Source: an uncultured bacterium
Lineage (GTDB): Bacteria; Acidobacteriota; HRBIN11; JAKEFK01
DNA: 64,000 nucleotides
Direction: 5' to 3'
Assembly (NCBI GenBank): GCA_963777505.1
Contig: CAVZQN010000001.1
Span: 32,001 to 96,000, forward strand
The notes under the pieces are model-generated. The model searched no databases. It was not told where the DNA came from and was given only the letters and a program-made list of their open reading frames with translations. This document shows, piece by piece, positions 30,298 through 40,615 of the stretch. Every line of letters starts with the position of its first letter. Position 1 is the first letter of the stretch. The translations under genes and the position numbers were made by a program.

Positions 30298-32667
30298 ATG
30301 ATTGGCGAAAACGTATCGCATTACCACATTCTGGATAAGATCGGAGGGGGTGGGATGGGTGTGGTTTATGAAGCCGAAGATACACGGCTCGGGCGTCACG
30401 TTGCGCTTAAATTCCTTCCGCAGCAACTGGGAAATGATACTGAAGCTTTGGAACGCTTTCAGCGGGAAGCCCGCGCAGCTTCAGCATTGAATCATTCTAA
30501 TATCTGCGTAGTCTACGACATCGGAACATACGGCGATCAACCCTACATCGTGATGGAACTCCTAAAGGGCCAGCCATTGCGTCGCGTCATCGGTGAGAAG
30601 CCGATGGAAATAGAGAGGGCGCTGGATTTAGCTGTGCAAATTGCCGATGCATTGGATGCTGCACATGCGGAAGGGATTATTCATCGCGACATCAAACCGG
30701 CCAACATTTTTATCACCGATAGGGGTCAGGCAAAATTACTTGATTTCGGTCTGGCGAAACAGACTCTTGATAAAAGAAAGAATTCAGATCCGGATGTTGA
30801 CGATCATCTTACGATGGTAGGCAAAACAGTTGGGACGATTGTTTATATGTCCCCCGAACAGGCACGCGGTCTTCCATTGGATGCACGCAGCGATCTGTTT
30901 TCTTTCGGAGTTCTGCTTTACGAAATGATGACTGGCGTTCTACCTTTTGAGGAAGGTACGAACGCACAAACTTATGAAGCAATTCTGCACAAAGATCCGA
31001 TTCCAGCGATGGAAAAGAATCCGAAAGTGCCGGCGCGGCTGGAGCGGATTATTTCGAAGGCTTTAAAGAAGGAAAAAAAGGAACGCTATCAAACCTCAGC
31101 CGAAATACGGGATAACCTGAAAGAGTTGTTGCGCGAAACTACCGCGGGCAGAGCTTCACCGGTTCAAGAAATAATCGCACAAGCCTCACTCTCCGTTTCG
31201 CGTCACAAGCTTGTTGCTTCCCTGCTCTTCTTGTTCACACTTGTTGCGATTGCGGGTGGGATCTGGTACCGCACATCAAAAGCTCGCGGACAGGAGACAA
31301 CTTTGCAGTCCGGCATTCCGGCGATCGCAGTCCTTCCCTTTCGCAATCTTAGCGATGACACAGAAAATGAATATTTTTCCGATGGATTGAGCGAAGAATT
31401 GTTGAATGTACTGGCTCAGAATCGCGGTTTGCGCGTTGCAGCCCGCAGTTCTTCCTTCCAATTCAAAGGAAAGAATGCGCAGTTGAAAGAGATAGCCAGG
31501 CAGCTGCGAGTTTCGACAATATTAGAAGGAAGCGTTCGAAAATCAGGGAACCGTGTGCGCATCTCAACACAATTGGTGAATGCTGCAGATGGCTTTCAAC
31601 TCTGGTCCGAGACTTATGATCGTGAACTGAACGACATCTTTGCTGTTCAAGATGATATTGCGCGTTCCGTAGGCGAAGCGCTCAACGTCAAGCTTCTTGG
31701 AGCGAAGATGCCCGGCGCGAAATCAGCAAATGCCGAAGCATACAATGCTTATCTTCAAGGACGTTACTTTTCGGAACGACGGGGTCAGGAGGATCTAAAT
31801 CATGCGGTCGAACATTACGAAAAAGCACTTAAAATCGATCCGGGTTATGTGCCCGCCCGCGTTGGACTTGCCGTAGTTTATTACCGCCAGGCGGGATGGG
31901 GCTATGTGAAGGTGGATGATGGCTACCGAAAAGCGCGTCAGGAAGTTGAAAAAGCGCTGAAGCTGGATCCGAATCTTGCAGAGGCTCACGCTGCTCTGGG
32001 ATGGATTAAGTCACACTATGATTGGGATTGGGCCGGAGCTGATGAATCATACAAGCGCGCAATGGAACTGGAACCGGGGAATGCGAATGTTGTCCGGCAT
32101 GCTGCCGGTCTTGCGGCCACACTCGGGCGATTCGATGAAACGATCGCGCTGGATCGTCGCGCTGCTGATCTCGATCCGCTGAGTATTACCGTCCATTATT
32201 ATGCCGGAATCCATGCATACTATGCGGGAAAGTTGAATGATGCAGAAGCCGCATTCAGGAAAGCTCTTGATTTGAATTCGGAATATCCAGCCGCCCGTGC
32301 TTCACTCAGTATCGTTTACGTTTTGCAGTCGCAACCGGAGAAAGCTCTCACGGAACTCCAAAAGGAGCCAGAGCCTTTCTGGCGTCTCTACGGTCTGGCA
32401 CTCGCGTATCATGCCGCCGGCAAAAAGAAGGAAGCCGATATGGCTTTAGCTGAGATGATCGAAAAACATCAGGACGTCGGAGCCATACAAATAGCGGAAG
32501 TGCATTCGTATCGTGGCGAAATTGATCCGGCTTTTGAATGGCTGGAACGAGCCTACACCCAGCGTGATGGTGGTTTATCTGAAATCAAAGGCGATCCGTT
32601 GTTGAAGAACTTGGAGCGCGATCCCCGCTGGACAGTATTTCTGAAAAAAATGAAACTGCCAATTTGA
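30298..32667 (+). CDS. Ser/Thr protein kinase - TM - TolB-N-like - TPR protein
   Basis: Intact 789 aa with all Hanks motifs, a TM helix, [16 protein letters not shown] and TPRs. Confidence 0.95.
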   Translation: MIGENVSHYHILDKIGGGGMGVVYEAEDTRLGRHVALKFLPQQLGNDTEALERFQREARAASALNHSNICVVYDIGTYGDQPYIVMELLKGQPLRRVIGEKPMEIERALDLAVQIADALDAAHAEGIIHRDIKPANIFITDRGQAKLLDFGLAKQTLDKRKNSDPDVDDHLTMVGKTVGTIVYMSPEQARGLPLDARSDLFSFGVLLYEMMTGVLPFEEGTNAQTYEAILHKDPIPAMEKNPKVPARLERIISKALKKEKKERYQTSAEIRDNLKELLRETTAGRASPVQEIIAQASLSVSRHKLVASLLFLFTLVAIAGGIWYRTSKARGQETTLQSGIPAIAVLPFRNLSDDTENEYFSDGLSEELLNVLAQNRGLRVAARSSSFQFKGKNAQLKEIARQLRVSTILEGSVRKSGNRVRISTQLVNAADGFQLWSETYDRELNDIFAVQDDIARSVGEALNVKLLGAKMPGAKSANAEAYNAYLQGRYFSERRGQEDLNHAVEHYEKALKIDPGYVPARVGLAVVYYRQAGWGYVKVDDGYRKARQEVEKALKLDPNLAEAHAALGWIKSHYDWDWAGADESYKRAMELEPGNANVVRHAAGLAATLGRFDETIALDRRAADLDPLSITVHYYAGIHAYYAGKLNDAEAAFRKALDLNSEYPAARASLSIVYVLQSQPEKALTELQKEPEPFWRLYGLALAYHAAGKKKEADMALAEMIEKHQDVGAIQIAEVHSYRGEIDPAFEWLERAYTQRDGGLSEIKGDPLLKNLERDPRWTVFLKKMKLPI

Positions 32668-32714
32668 TTTTGGAATCCCGCAAACCTGTGCTCATCACAT
32701 TTGGAAGCAACAGG

Positions 32715-33266
32715 TTATTGTTGTTCTGGAATGTACAGGTAACTTGTCCAGAATTCCAGAGTACGCTGTAAACAAACGCGCAACTCTTCTGCGTTGACAG
32801 TTGTATAAGGGTGGTTCGTTAAAGAAGAGCATGGACCGCCTGCAGCAGGCATCATCACTCCGCTTGCATCCGTTAACACTGGAATATTGCATGAGACACT
32901 TACAGAATCCAATTGGCGTGATGCAAATTGACCGGCCCACTCAGGAGTTCTTCCGGCTTCAATCGCTTGAACCCAGCGTGAAACGTAGGAAGCGGAACCT
33001 TTCACGATTGCCTTCTGGCAGGTTACCTGTTGTTCCGGAAAAACATTCTCCCTTAACGCAAGTAAGTTAGCATTTGAAAGTTGCACAACGTGAGTTGCTA
33101 AACGCAAATTCACCTGTCGATTGTGGCTAGAAGTATTTTGGTACTGCACTGCTTCGCGAAATTGATCGCGAATTGAGGAACGTGGCAGAAAGAGGTCCGC
33201 CGTAGCAGCTGTCGCTGCCAGGAGAACAATCATTGCAACGAGGAACAGCTTAAATTGAGGACGCAT
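32715..33266 (-). CDS. Secreted hypothetical protein
   Basis: GGAGG RBS, signal peptide ending ATA, 4 Cys. Confidence 0.7.
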   Translation of the reverse strand: MRPQFKLFLVAMIVLLAATAATADLFLPRSSIRDQFREAVQYQNTSSHNRQVNLRLATHVVQLSNANLLALRENVFPEQQVTCQKAIVKGSASYVSRWVQAIEAGRTPEWAGQFASRQLDSVSVSCNIPVLTDASGVMMPAAGGPCSSLTNHPYTTVNAEELRVCLQRTLEFWTSYLYIPEQQ

Positions 33267-33336
33267 CCATCCTCCAGTCTCTGAAACAATTTATAACACT
33301 TCATTGAATTTACTTCAATGAATTTGACCTAAAATC

Positions 33337-33358
33337 GGGCGGCCAAAAGGGCCGCCCC
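33337..33358 (-). terminator. Intrinsic terminator
   Basis: GGGCGGCC-CTTTT-GGCCGCCC followed by GATTTT, downstream of the 33375 ORF. Confidence 0.7.
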
Positions 33359-33374
33359 CCACATTCAAATATAA

Positions 33375-33662
33375 TTACGCGGCAAGCCTTTGTGGATCAT
33401 AGCCAAGGTTTGCAACAGTCAAAGCTGCTGCTTCTTCGCCCATTCCCGCGCGAACAAGCGCAAGTCTTAACAGATCCATTTCATAGGGTCCTGCAAACTC
33501 CACTGGAGTTTTCACATATGTAAGCGAACATCCTTTTTCAACACAAGTCGGTTCATTCTTCATTTCAGAATTAACGATATTCGGTTGCCCAGAGTTATTC
33601 CAGTAAAGCGTGCTGTAGCACCGATCACAGTACGAAATTATGTTTTGGAATTCTTTTGTCAT
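33375..33662 (-). CDS. Small hypothetical protein with CxxC...Cx4C and a C-terminal LAA
   Basis: GAGGA RBS, own promoter and terminator. Confidence 0.72.
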   Translation of the reverse strand: MTKEFQNIISYCDRCYSTLYWNNSGQPNIVNSEMKNEPTCVEKGCSLTYVKTPVEFAGPYEMDLLRLALVRAGMGEEAAALTVANLGYDPQRLAA

Positions 33663-33689
33663 CTCTTTTTCCTCTCGAGCCTTGAGTAA

Positions 33690-33705
33690 AGCAAGGCGCG
33701 TGCCA
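33690..33705 (-). promoter_or_regulatory. Sigma54 (-24/-12) promoter
   Basis: TGGCACGCGCCTTGCT is a full match to TGGCACG-N4-TTGCW. Confidence 0.8.
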
Positions 33706-33761
33706 ATAGCTTATTCTCGAGAACCCTGGCAAAGAAGACCACTTTTTAGGACGTTTTAAGA

Positions 33762-34191
33762 TCAGACTTTATAGAGGTGATAAAGCATCAGGTAGATGAT
33801 GACACCTGTAATGGAAACATACAGCCAGATCGGAAGTGTCCATTTTGCGATTCTGCGGTGTTGCTCCCATTTTTGTTTCAACGCAAATCTTAGCGTAATG
33901 ATGGCGAGAAAAGGCACCAAGCGCTGCCAAAATTGTATGCGTCAACAGAATTGATAGGTAGACCGTTCGAACGATAGGGATATCAGGAAATCTGGTCATT
34001 CCTGGATGCGCGGCATGGTACGTAAGATACGATATCAGGAATAAAACTGAAGTTATAAAAGCGGCAATCATGCAGATGCGATGGAGAGCTACGTTTTTGC
34101 GGCGGATCATCAAATAACCAGTCACCAAAAACATTGCTGAAAGCGAATTCAGAATAGCATTCAATGTCGGAAGCGAAGAAATCGGAATCAC
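33762..34191 (-). CDS. DUF420 family membrane protein (frameshift near 33920)
   Basis: LNAILN, HRICM, FLISYLTYH, HTILA; corrected frame ends HRRIAKWTLPIWLYVSITGVIIYLMLYHLYKV*. Confidence 0.87.
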
Positions 34192-34793
34192 ACAGCTTCC
34201 TTTTGCAGCGCAACAATTGCACGCAGAAGTCCCTTTTTTCCTTCCTCAGTTCCGCTTTCAAAATAACCGCGGATTCTTCCTTTGCGATCAATGAGAACAA
34301 ACTTATCGCTGTGCAGAATCGGAGTTTCCTTCCCTGCTTTATCAACACCCAGATGAAACCCTTTGATGGCTAACGCATGAATGAAGTCTTCTTTGCCTGT
34401 CAAAAATAACCACCGATTCTTATCGGCTCCATACTGGTCAGCGTAGGTACTGAGCACTTCGGGAGTATCCCTGGATGGATCAACTGAAAATGAAACAAGC
34501 CGGATGCCGTGCCGTTCAGCGGTCTCCTGGAGGTTCTTCATACGCAGTGACATGACTGGACACACATCAGCACAATGCGTGAAGATAAAATCGGCAACCC
34601 AAACTTGACCTTTCAGATCTGAAAGCGCAACTTGCTTCCCGCTGCGTTCAGTCAACTTGAAATAAGGGACCGAATCATAAACTGGAAGTCCGGAACCTCG
34701 CATCGCACGTTTAAAGAAAACGTAATACGATCCCAGACTAATAATGCCTGCCAGGAACACGATTAAGAAGAACCAGATCTGCTTCTCTTTCAC
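34188..34793 (-). CDS. SCO1/SenC copper chaperone
   Basis: FTHCADVCP, SVDP, HSDKFVLID. Confidence 0.92.
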   Translation of the reverse strand: MKEKQIWFFLIVFLAGIISLGSYYVFFKRAMRGSGLPVYDSVPYFKLTERSGKQVALSDLKGQVWVADFIFTHCADVCPVMSLRMKNLQETAERHGIRLVSFSVDPSRDTPEVLSTYADQYGADKNRWLFLTGKEDFIHALAIKGFHLGVDKAGKETPILHSDKFVLIDRKGRIRGYFESGTEEGKKGLLRAIVALQKEAV

Positions 34794-34826
34794 TTTCTTT
34801 GCGTCTTTGCGGTTACGTCTTTGCGG

Positions 34827-35711
34827 TTACAGAGTTTGATCCAAAACAAGCAAACTCAATAATAGAGGCAAATACAAAACTGAGGCTAATAGAAGTTGAC
34901 GCGCTGATAGGCTCGATTTTGTTTGAGATAGCCGAATTCCCATTATTAGAAAAAGAATTCCGAGTACAAGGGCCCCCACGAGATAAATTTTGCTTGATAA
35001 TCCAACGAAGGACGGAAGGACGCTAACAACAACAAGAGCGATTGTGTTGATAATGACTTGCCGGCTTGTCTGGATACAATCAGTATCCGTCACAGGAAGC
35101 ATCGGAAATCCTCCGCGAGCATAGTCTTCGCGATACAGCCAACCAATTGCAAGAAAATGTGGAAGCTGCCAGAGAAATAGGATGCAGAAAAGCCACCATG
35201 CTTGAAATCCGATGGAGCCTTGAACAGCAGTCCATCCCATCATCGGTGGTATGGCTCCAGGAATCGCTCCCACTACAGTGCACAACGACGTCTTCTTTTT
35301 TAAAGGAGTATAGGCGAATAAATAAAGAACGATTGTTATTGCTGCCAACGCGCTTGTTAAAGGATTCACAAAAATAACAAGATACAAGAGACCCATTGCG
35401 GAAAGGATCGCTCCAAAAGAGAGCGCCTGTAGACCGCTAAGACGGCCTGATGGGATCGGACGATTTTCTGTCCGCTTCATCCTTGCATCGGCATCGGATT
35501 CCAAAACCATATTCAGTGCACTTGCACCCGCTGCAACCATTGCTGTTCCCAACATTGTGTGAAACAGCAATCCATATTCGATCGGTCCTGCGGAGGCGAG
35601 CAGAAAGCCAATAAAAGTTGTCACGATTACAAGGAAAGTAATCCGAGGTTTTGTGAGCTGGACATAATCCATCACCGAAAAAAACCGTGCTGAGGCCGCG
35701 GCAGTCTTCAT
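34827..35711 (-). CDS. ctaB: Protoheme IX farnesyltransferase (heme O synthase)
   Basis: TKPRI, DARMKRTENRPIPSG, YTPLKK, WQLPHF. Confidence 0.95.
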   Translation of the reverse strand: MKTAAASARFFSVMDYVQLTKPRITFLVIVTTFIGFLLASAGPIEYGLLFHTMLGTAMVAAGASALNMVLESDADARMKRTENRPIPSGRLSGLQALSFGAILSAMGLLYLVIFVNPLTSALAAITIVLYLFAYTPLKKKTSLCTVVGAIPGAIPPMMGWTAVQGSIGFQAWWLFCILFLWQLPHFLAIGWLYREDYARGGFPMLPVTDTDCIQTSRQVIINTIALVVVSVLPSFVGLSSKIYLVGALVLGILFLIMGIRLSQTKSSLSARQLLLASVLYLPLLLSLLVLDQTL

Positions 35712-36649
35712 GACGTTTTATATTCCTGAAGAATCCGAGCTGGGGCAGCATCCTGCGCGGTCCGGGAGACTTCTAAATAGCGATAAGCCCGCAAACATAG
35801 TACTACACTTGTAGCAAGGATTAACGCGCCAACCGCGACGTGAGCTGTTGCGATTGGAACGGCTGTTTGCGACAAAACTGTCCAGCCGCCTACCACAATT
35901 TGGATGAGTACGAGCGCCATCAAGAAAATCGCAGGCCTTACAAAATGTTTTGAACTACGATAACTTTTAAAAACACGCCACACTGTGTGAATGCTCCAGA
36001 TCAGTACCGCAAGAGCTCCAAGGCGATGGATGAATTGAATCATAACTTGAGGTGAAAAAAATAACGGAATCAAGCGTCCTTGAGCCAACGGGAAGTCTGG
36101 AATCGCCAAAGCGGATCCGCTGTGACGAACAAGTGCCCCAAGAATTAATTGAATGTAAACGAGCGCAGCCATAATCAAAAAGGTTCGTCTGTGAGCTGCA
36201 GGCGCAGAAATTTGCTTTGGTGAAGTTTTCCATTCATTCGAGGTGAAAAAGGCAAGACAAACTACCAGAGTGAAAAAGGATTGAGCCAGCGTTGCATGAG
36301 CGATTGAAATGGGCATCGGTAAAAAGTACAGAACTGTAATTCCGCCCAAAATTCCCTGAGTGATCACGGCTCCCAGTGCAATGAATCCGAGAACCTTCAC
36401 CCATTTTCTCTTTTCCTTCAACGCAAGCCAGATAGCAAAGATGACGGTTAGCATTCCAACAAATGATGCGACCATTCTGTGCCCATGTTCAAACAGAACG
36501 CCGCCAACCATGGGTGGCATCCACATGCCATAAGACTTTGGCCAATCAGGAACAGCGAGTCCGGAATCCGTGCTGGTGACAAGTCCCCCTGCAATGATCA
36601 GCAAGAATGTTGAAAATACTAAAAACCAATTAAAACGGTTTAACCACAT
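35708..36649 (-). CDS. ctaA: Heme A synthase (COX15/CtaA)
   Basis: GLAVPDWP, EHGHR, QGILGG, QFIHR; likely start MWLNRF. Confidence 0.9.
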   Translation of the reverse strand: MWLNRFNWFLVFSTFLLIIAGGLVTSTDSGLAVPDWPKSYGMWMPPMVGGVLFEHGHRMVASFVGMLTVIFAIWLALKEKRKWVKVLGFIALGAVITQGILGGITVLYFLPMPISIAHATLAQSFFTLVVCLAFFTSNEWKTSPKQISAPAAHRRTFLIMAALVYIQLILGALVRHSGSALAIPDFPLAQGRLIPLFFSPQVMIQFIHRLGALAVLIWSIHTVWRVFKSYRSSKHFVRPAIFLMALVLIQIVVGGWTVLSQTAVPIATAHVAVGALILATSVVLCLRAYRYLEVSRTAQDAAPARILQEYKTS

Positions 36650-36657
36650 GAATGAAT

Positions 36658-36906
36658 TCACTGAGGAAGGTTTTCGCCACGGAGGATTGATTGAACCTGG
36701 ACCCGTTTTGCACGTCGTGACCAAAATATCGCAACCGCAAAGATCCCGCCCAACACAACCACTAAGACTCCCAGCATGAATGCTACTCCAGCCTTGGCTC
36801 CCAGTGTCAGCGGCGAACTCGGATCCCCAAAACAAACTGCACAGGCTTGTGCAAATCCGGGACTCGATAAAACAAATGCGGTAATCGCAATCAGAAATCG
36901 TTTCAT
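36658..36906 (-). CDS. Small signal-peptide/CxxC/TM protein in the cox operon
   Basis: MKRFLIA...AQA-CAVCFG...TM; overlaps the upstream stop codon. Confidence 0.75.
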   Translation of the reverse strand: MKRFLIAITAFVLSSPGFAQACAVCFGDPSSPLTLGAKAGVAFMLGVLVVVLGGIFAVAIFWSRRAKRVQVQSILRGENLPQ

Positions 36907-37109
36907 AAATAACTCTCGTTTTTTAACTTCCGTAAAAACCATCGGAAATACCAGATTAACAAGATAACGCTGATAAGCGAGCCGATTGCCATCAACAAAT
37001 AGCTTGTCATTCCGGTATGCAAATAACTGCGCAATCCCCAGTACCCAAACCAGAGTGTAAAAAGCGTCGCGACAACGATAAAAAAAACATGAAATGCTTT
37101 TAACGACAT
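36903..37109 (-). CDS. Small 2-TM protein in the cox operon
   Basis: MSLKAFHVFFI...; tightly packed within the operon. Confidence 0.75.
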   Translation of the reverse strand: MSLKAFHVFFIVVATLFTLWFGYWGLRSYLHTGMTSYLLMAIGSLISVILLIWYFRWFLRKLKNESYL

Positions 37110-37119
37110 CTTAATGCTC

Positions 37120-37410
37120 TTACATGGGCGAAGTTGCTACAGGAGCCCAAAGCAACACTGCAAAAAACAACACACAGATCAAAAGGATGTAGTAAATTAC
37201 CTTCCTTTCAGAAATCAGATGCATGAAATAGCACGCAACAAGCGAACCTTTTACGGTTGCTACGACCAACGCAAAAAGGATCGCCCAGTGAGTCGGAAGG
37301 TGCAAATAAGAGATTCCTACTGTAACAATCGTTAAAACAGCAAGTGCCGCGAAAACAAGTAAATAAACTCTTACGTGTTTCTTAATATCTTCCGCACTTT
37401 CACCACTCAT
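37120..37410 (-). CDS. ctaF: Cytochrome c oxidase subunit IV
   Basis: VFAALAVLT, KGSLVACYFMHL. Confidence 0.88.
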   Translation of the reverse strand: MSGESAEDIKKHVRVYLLVFAALAVLTIVTVGISYLHLPTHWAILFALVVATVKGSLVACYFMHLISERKVIYYILLICVLFFAVLLWAPVATSPM

Positions 37411-37418
37411 GCTCTCTC

Positions 37419-38012
37419 CTATAAAAGATATAGAATTGGGAACAAGAAAATCCAAACGAGATCAACAAAATGCCAGTACAATCCAGAAAATTCTACTCGA
37501 TTTGCCAGACGATCCGGATCTTTTTTCAACGCTCTTTTTCCGGTCAACAGAAGATAAGCGTTGACTATGATTCCACCAATTACGTGTAATCCGTGTAATC
37601 CGGTCATCGTAAAATACGTTGCAAAAAACATATTCGTGCGCGGATAGTGTCCATGATGAAACTTGGCAGTGTATTCGAAATACTTTACAACTAAAAATAC
37701 AAATGCCAGCACAATGGTCGCAGCCAGGTAGAGTTGGAATTTCCCGAACTGATTCATTTTTAATGAAGCCCAGGACATAACCATCGTTACGCTGGATGTA
37801 ATCAGAACGAAAGTATTCAAAGTTGCAAGTGGAATACTCAGTCCTTGATCAACGCCATGCGGCCAATGATCAGCGCCAACACGAAGCAAAATTAACGCTG
37901 AAAAAAGAGCGCCAAATAACATGACTTCCGATGCAAGAAATAGCCAAATCCCGAGTTTGCCATTCGGGATGCCGGTTATTGGATGCGGATGAACTGCATA
38001 TGGAATTTCCAT
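37419..38012 (-). CDS. ctaE: Cytochrome c oxidase subunit III
   Basis: [28 protein letters not shown]. Confidence 0.95.
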   Translation of the reverse strand: MEIPYAVHPHPITGIPNGKLGIWLFLASEVMLFGALFSALILLRVGADHWPHGVDQGLSIPLATLNTFVLITSSVTMVMSWASLKMNQFGKFQLYLAATIVLAFVFLVVKYFEYTAKFHHGHYPRTNMFFATYFTMTGLHGLHVIGGIIVNAYLLLTGKRALKKDPDRLANRVEFSGLYWHFVDLVWIFLFPILYLL

Positions 38013-39794
38013 TTATTCCCCCTTATCCTTCTTGCTGTCATCATCTTTTTCAAACTGCGGTGAATAATCTTTGGGTTTATCCGGAACACTGTATTCATAG
38101 GGTCCGCGATAGACTTCCGGAGGAGTTGGAAAATTTCCATGCGGTGGTGGAGTCGGAGTAGCCCATTCGAGAGTTGTGCTTTGCCAGGGATTATCCGATT
38201 CAACTCTTCGTCCTTTCCAGATGCTGTAGAAGAAATTAAAGATAAATGGAAGTTGAGACAGAGCTAAAAGCCATGCTGACCATGATGTATAAACACTCAA
38301 GCCCTGTACAGCTTTGCCATGTTCGTAAATAGTTTGATCGTACAATCTTCGAGATAGTCCGGCCATTCCTTGAAACAGCATTGGGAAGAATACGCCGTTC
38401 ATGAAAATGAAAGACAGGAAGAAATGGATTTTACCCAGACCTGCATTCATTTGCCGTCCGGTCACTTTTGGATACCAGTAGTAGATTCCGGCAAATAAAG
38501 CGAAGATGGTTCCCGGTGCAACTACATAATGAAAGTGTCCGATGACATACCATGTATCATGCAAGTGAATGTCGGAAGTTGTTAAACCTAACGGCAAGCC
38601 TGTCAATCCACCGATTGCAAACATTGGAAGAAATCCAAGCGCAAAAAGCATCGGCGTGTTATAGCGGATAGATGCGCCCCATAAGCTCAGTAGAAGTCCG
38701 GTCAAGATGATGACCGATGGAATTGAAATGATCATCGTTGTCGTTTGAAAGAACGTACTCATCGTAGTTCCCATTCCAGTCATAAACATATGATGAGCCC
38801 AAACAACAAACGACATCACACCAAGAAAGATGATCGAATAGATCATCGTACGATAACCCCAGAGGGGTTTGCGTGTATTGTTTGCGATGACTTCAGCCAC
38901 GATTCCAAGTGCGGGAAGAATAAGAACGTAGACTTCAGGATGTGCAAGAAACCAGAATAGATGCTGCCATAACAATGGATTCCCGCCGCCGCTGATTTGC
39001 AACGGAGTACCGCTAACAACAAGTCCACTTGGCAAAAAGAAGCTTGTGCCGGCCACACGATCCATCAATTGGAATACAGCGGCTGCTTCCAGTGGAGGAA
39101 ATGCAAGAAGGAGCAGGAAAGATGTTACAAACTGTGCCCACACAAAAAATGGTAAACGGAAGAAAGAAAGTCCCTTTACGCGGAGCTGAATGATTGTAAC
39201 AAGAAAGTTCATTGAACCGAGCAATGAAGATGTGATCAGAAACACCATTGCTATCAACCACCAGGTTTGTCCTGGAGGAGCGATATCAGATAATGGCGGA
39301 TAGGAAGTCCATCCTGATTGTGCAGCGCCACCAGGAACGAAGAAGCTGTACAGCATCACAACGCCGCCTACAAAATAGACCCAGTAACTTGCCGCATTTA
39401 ATTTTGGGAACGCCATATCAGGCGCGCCAATTTGCAGCGGCATCACGTAGTTGCCAAAACCACCCACAGCTAATGGAACAATCCCAAGAAAGACCATGAT
39501 GGTCCCGTGCATTGCGCCAAGCTGATTGTAAAACTCAGGCAACATGATACCGCCGGGCATCCGTGTTTCACCCAACAAACCGCCCAACCATGCGAGGGGC
39601 TGATTCGGATACGCAAGCTGCCATCGCAGCAGCATAATCAGCGTGAAACCAAACAACAAAAATACGAGTGATGTGATCGTATATTGAATACCGATGACTT
39701 TGTGATCTACAGAAAAAATATATTTGCGGATAAAGCCCAACTCTTCATGATGATGAGCCTCCGCCGCATGACCATGATGAACGACTTCACTCAT
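38013..39794 (-). CDS. ctaD: Cytochrome c oxidase subunit I (A1-type)
   Basis: DHKVIG, HGTIM, HPEVY, WAHHM, HFHY. Confidence 0.97.
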   Translation of the reverse strand: MSEVVHHGHAAEAHHHEELGFIRKYIFSVDHKVIGIQYTITSLVFLLFGFTLIMLLRWQLAYPNQPLAWLGGLLGETRMPGGIMLPEFYNQLGAMHGTIMVFLGIVPLAVGGFGNYVMPLQIGAPDMAFPKLNAASYWVYFVGGVVMLYSFFVPGGAAQSGWTSYPPLSDIAPPGQTWWLIAMVFLITSSLLGSMNFLVTIIQLRVKGLSFFRLPFFVWAQFVTSFLLLLAFPPLEAAAVFQLMDRVAGTSFFLPSGLVVSGTPLQISGGGNPLLWQHLFWFLAHPEVYVLILPALGIVAEVIANNTRKPLWGYRTMIYSIIFLGVMSFVVWAHHMFMTGMGTTMSTFFQTTTMIISIPSVIILTGLLLSLWGASIRYNTPMLFALGFLPMFAIGGLTGLPLGLTTSDIHLHDTWYVIGHFHYVVAPGTIFALFAGIYYWYPKVTGRQMNAGLGKIHFFLSFIFMNGVFFPMLFQGMAGLSRRLYDQTIYEHGKAVQGLSVYTSWSAWLLALSQLPFIFNFFYSIWKGRRVESDNPWQSTTLEWATPTPPPHGNFPTPPEVYRGPYEYSVPDKPKDYSPQFEKDDDSKKDKGE

Positions 39795-40555
39795 TGGCTC
39801 GCTCCTTGTAGCTCGGCTTCTCTTTCAGAAAACCATTTTTGATAATCTTCAGGCGTATCAATATATGCTGTGCCTTTCATTCGATAATGTCCAAGTCCAC
39901 ACAACTGTGCGCAAGAAATATCGAAAATCCCCGTTTGTGTTGCTTCAAACCAGATCGGAATTCTCATTCCAGGAACAGAATCTTGTTTTACTCTAAGAAC
40001 GTTAATCCAAAAACTATGAATCACGTCTTTCGAGGAAAGATCAACAATGATTGTTTTGTGTACAGGAAAGTGGAATTCATTCAATGATACGATGTCATCT
40101 TTTCCTTTTGGATCGGCTGGATCAAGACCGACTGAATTGCCTTGATTGTTGATAAATTTTGGATCTGTGGCGCCAAAAATGCCGTCCCTTCCGGGATAAT
40201 GAATGTTCCAGGCAAATTGTTCACCGATAATACGCACCCTTAAAGCGTCCGCAGTTTTGGGTACTTCTTTATATTTTGCCCAGGCCGGCATTGAGAGTCC
40301 AACCAGAAGAATAGCTTCAACAACAATGACTCCAATTTCGGCATATTTTGCGGGTTTGGCTTTAATTGGTTGATACTCAGCCTTATGTCCTTCACGCTGC
40401 CTGAACCTGACCATGCAATAAACAAAAAAGATACCCCATGCTACAAACATCGCAATCATAATCCAGTGAATGATTATGATTAGTTGATCGACTTGATAGC
40501 CATGAGTAGAAAAATCAGGGGGCAACGGGAGCCATTCATATTTTGATTGTTCCAT
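39791..40555 (-). CDS. ctaC: Cytochrome c oxidase subunit II (CuA, no fused cytochrome c)
   Basis: DVIHSF...CAQLCGLGHYRM; no CxxCH. Confidence 0.95.
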   Translation of the reverse strand: MEQSKYEWLPLPPDFSTHGYQVDQLIIIIHWIMIAMFVAWGIFFVYCMVRFRQREGHKAEYQPIKAKPAKYAEIGVIVVEAILLVGLSMPAWAKYKEVPKTADALRVRIIGEQFAWNIHYPGRDGIFGATDPKFINNQGNSVGLDPADPKGKDDIVSLNEFHFPVHKTIIVDLSSKDVIHSFWINVLRVKQDSVPGMRIPIWFEATQTGIFDISCAQLCGLGHYRMKGTAYIDTPEDYQKWFSEREAELQGASQ

Positions 40556-40615
40556 TCCGCCTCCACCAACACCCTAAAGGAACGGCGCCCTCCTTTGCGG
40601 AGAGCGCCTACAATT

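Noticed and set aside
27776-32667. Diversity-generating retroelement (TR/VR pair)
   Set aside because: Similarity spans whole paralogous genes, differences are not adenine-specific, and there is no reverse transcriptase.
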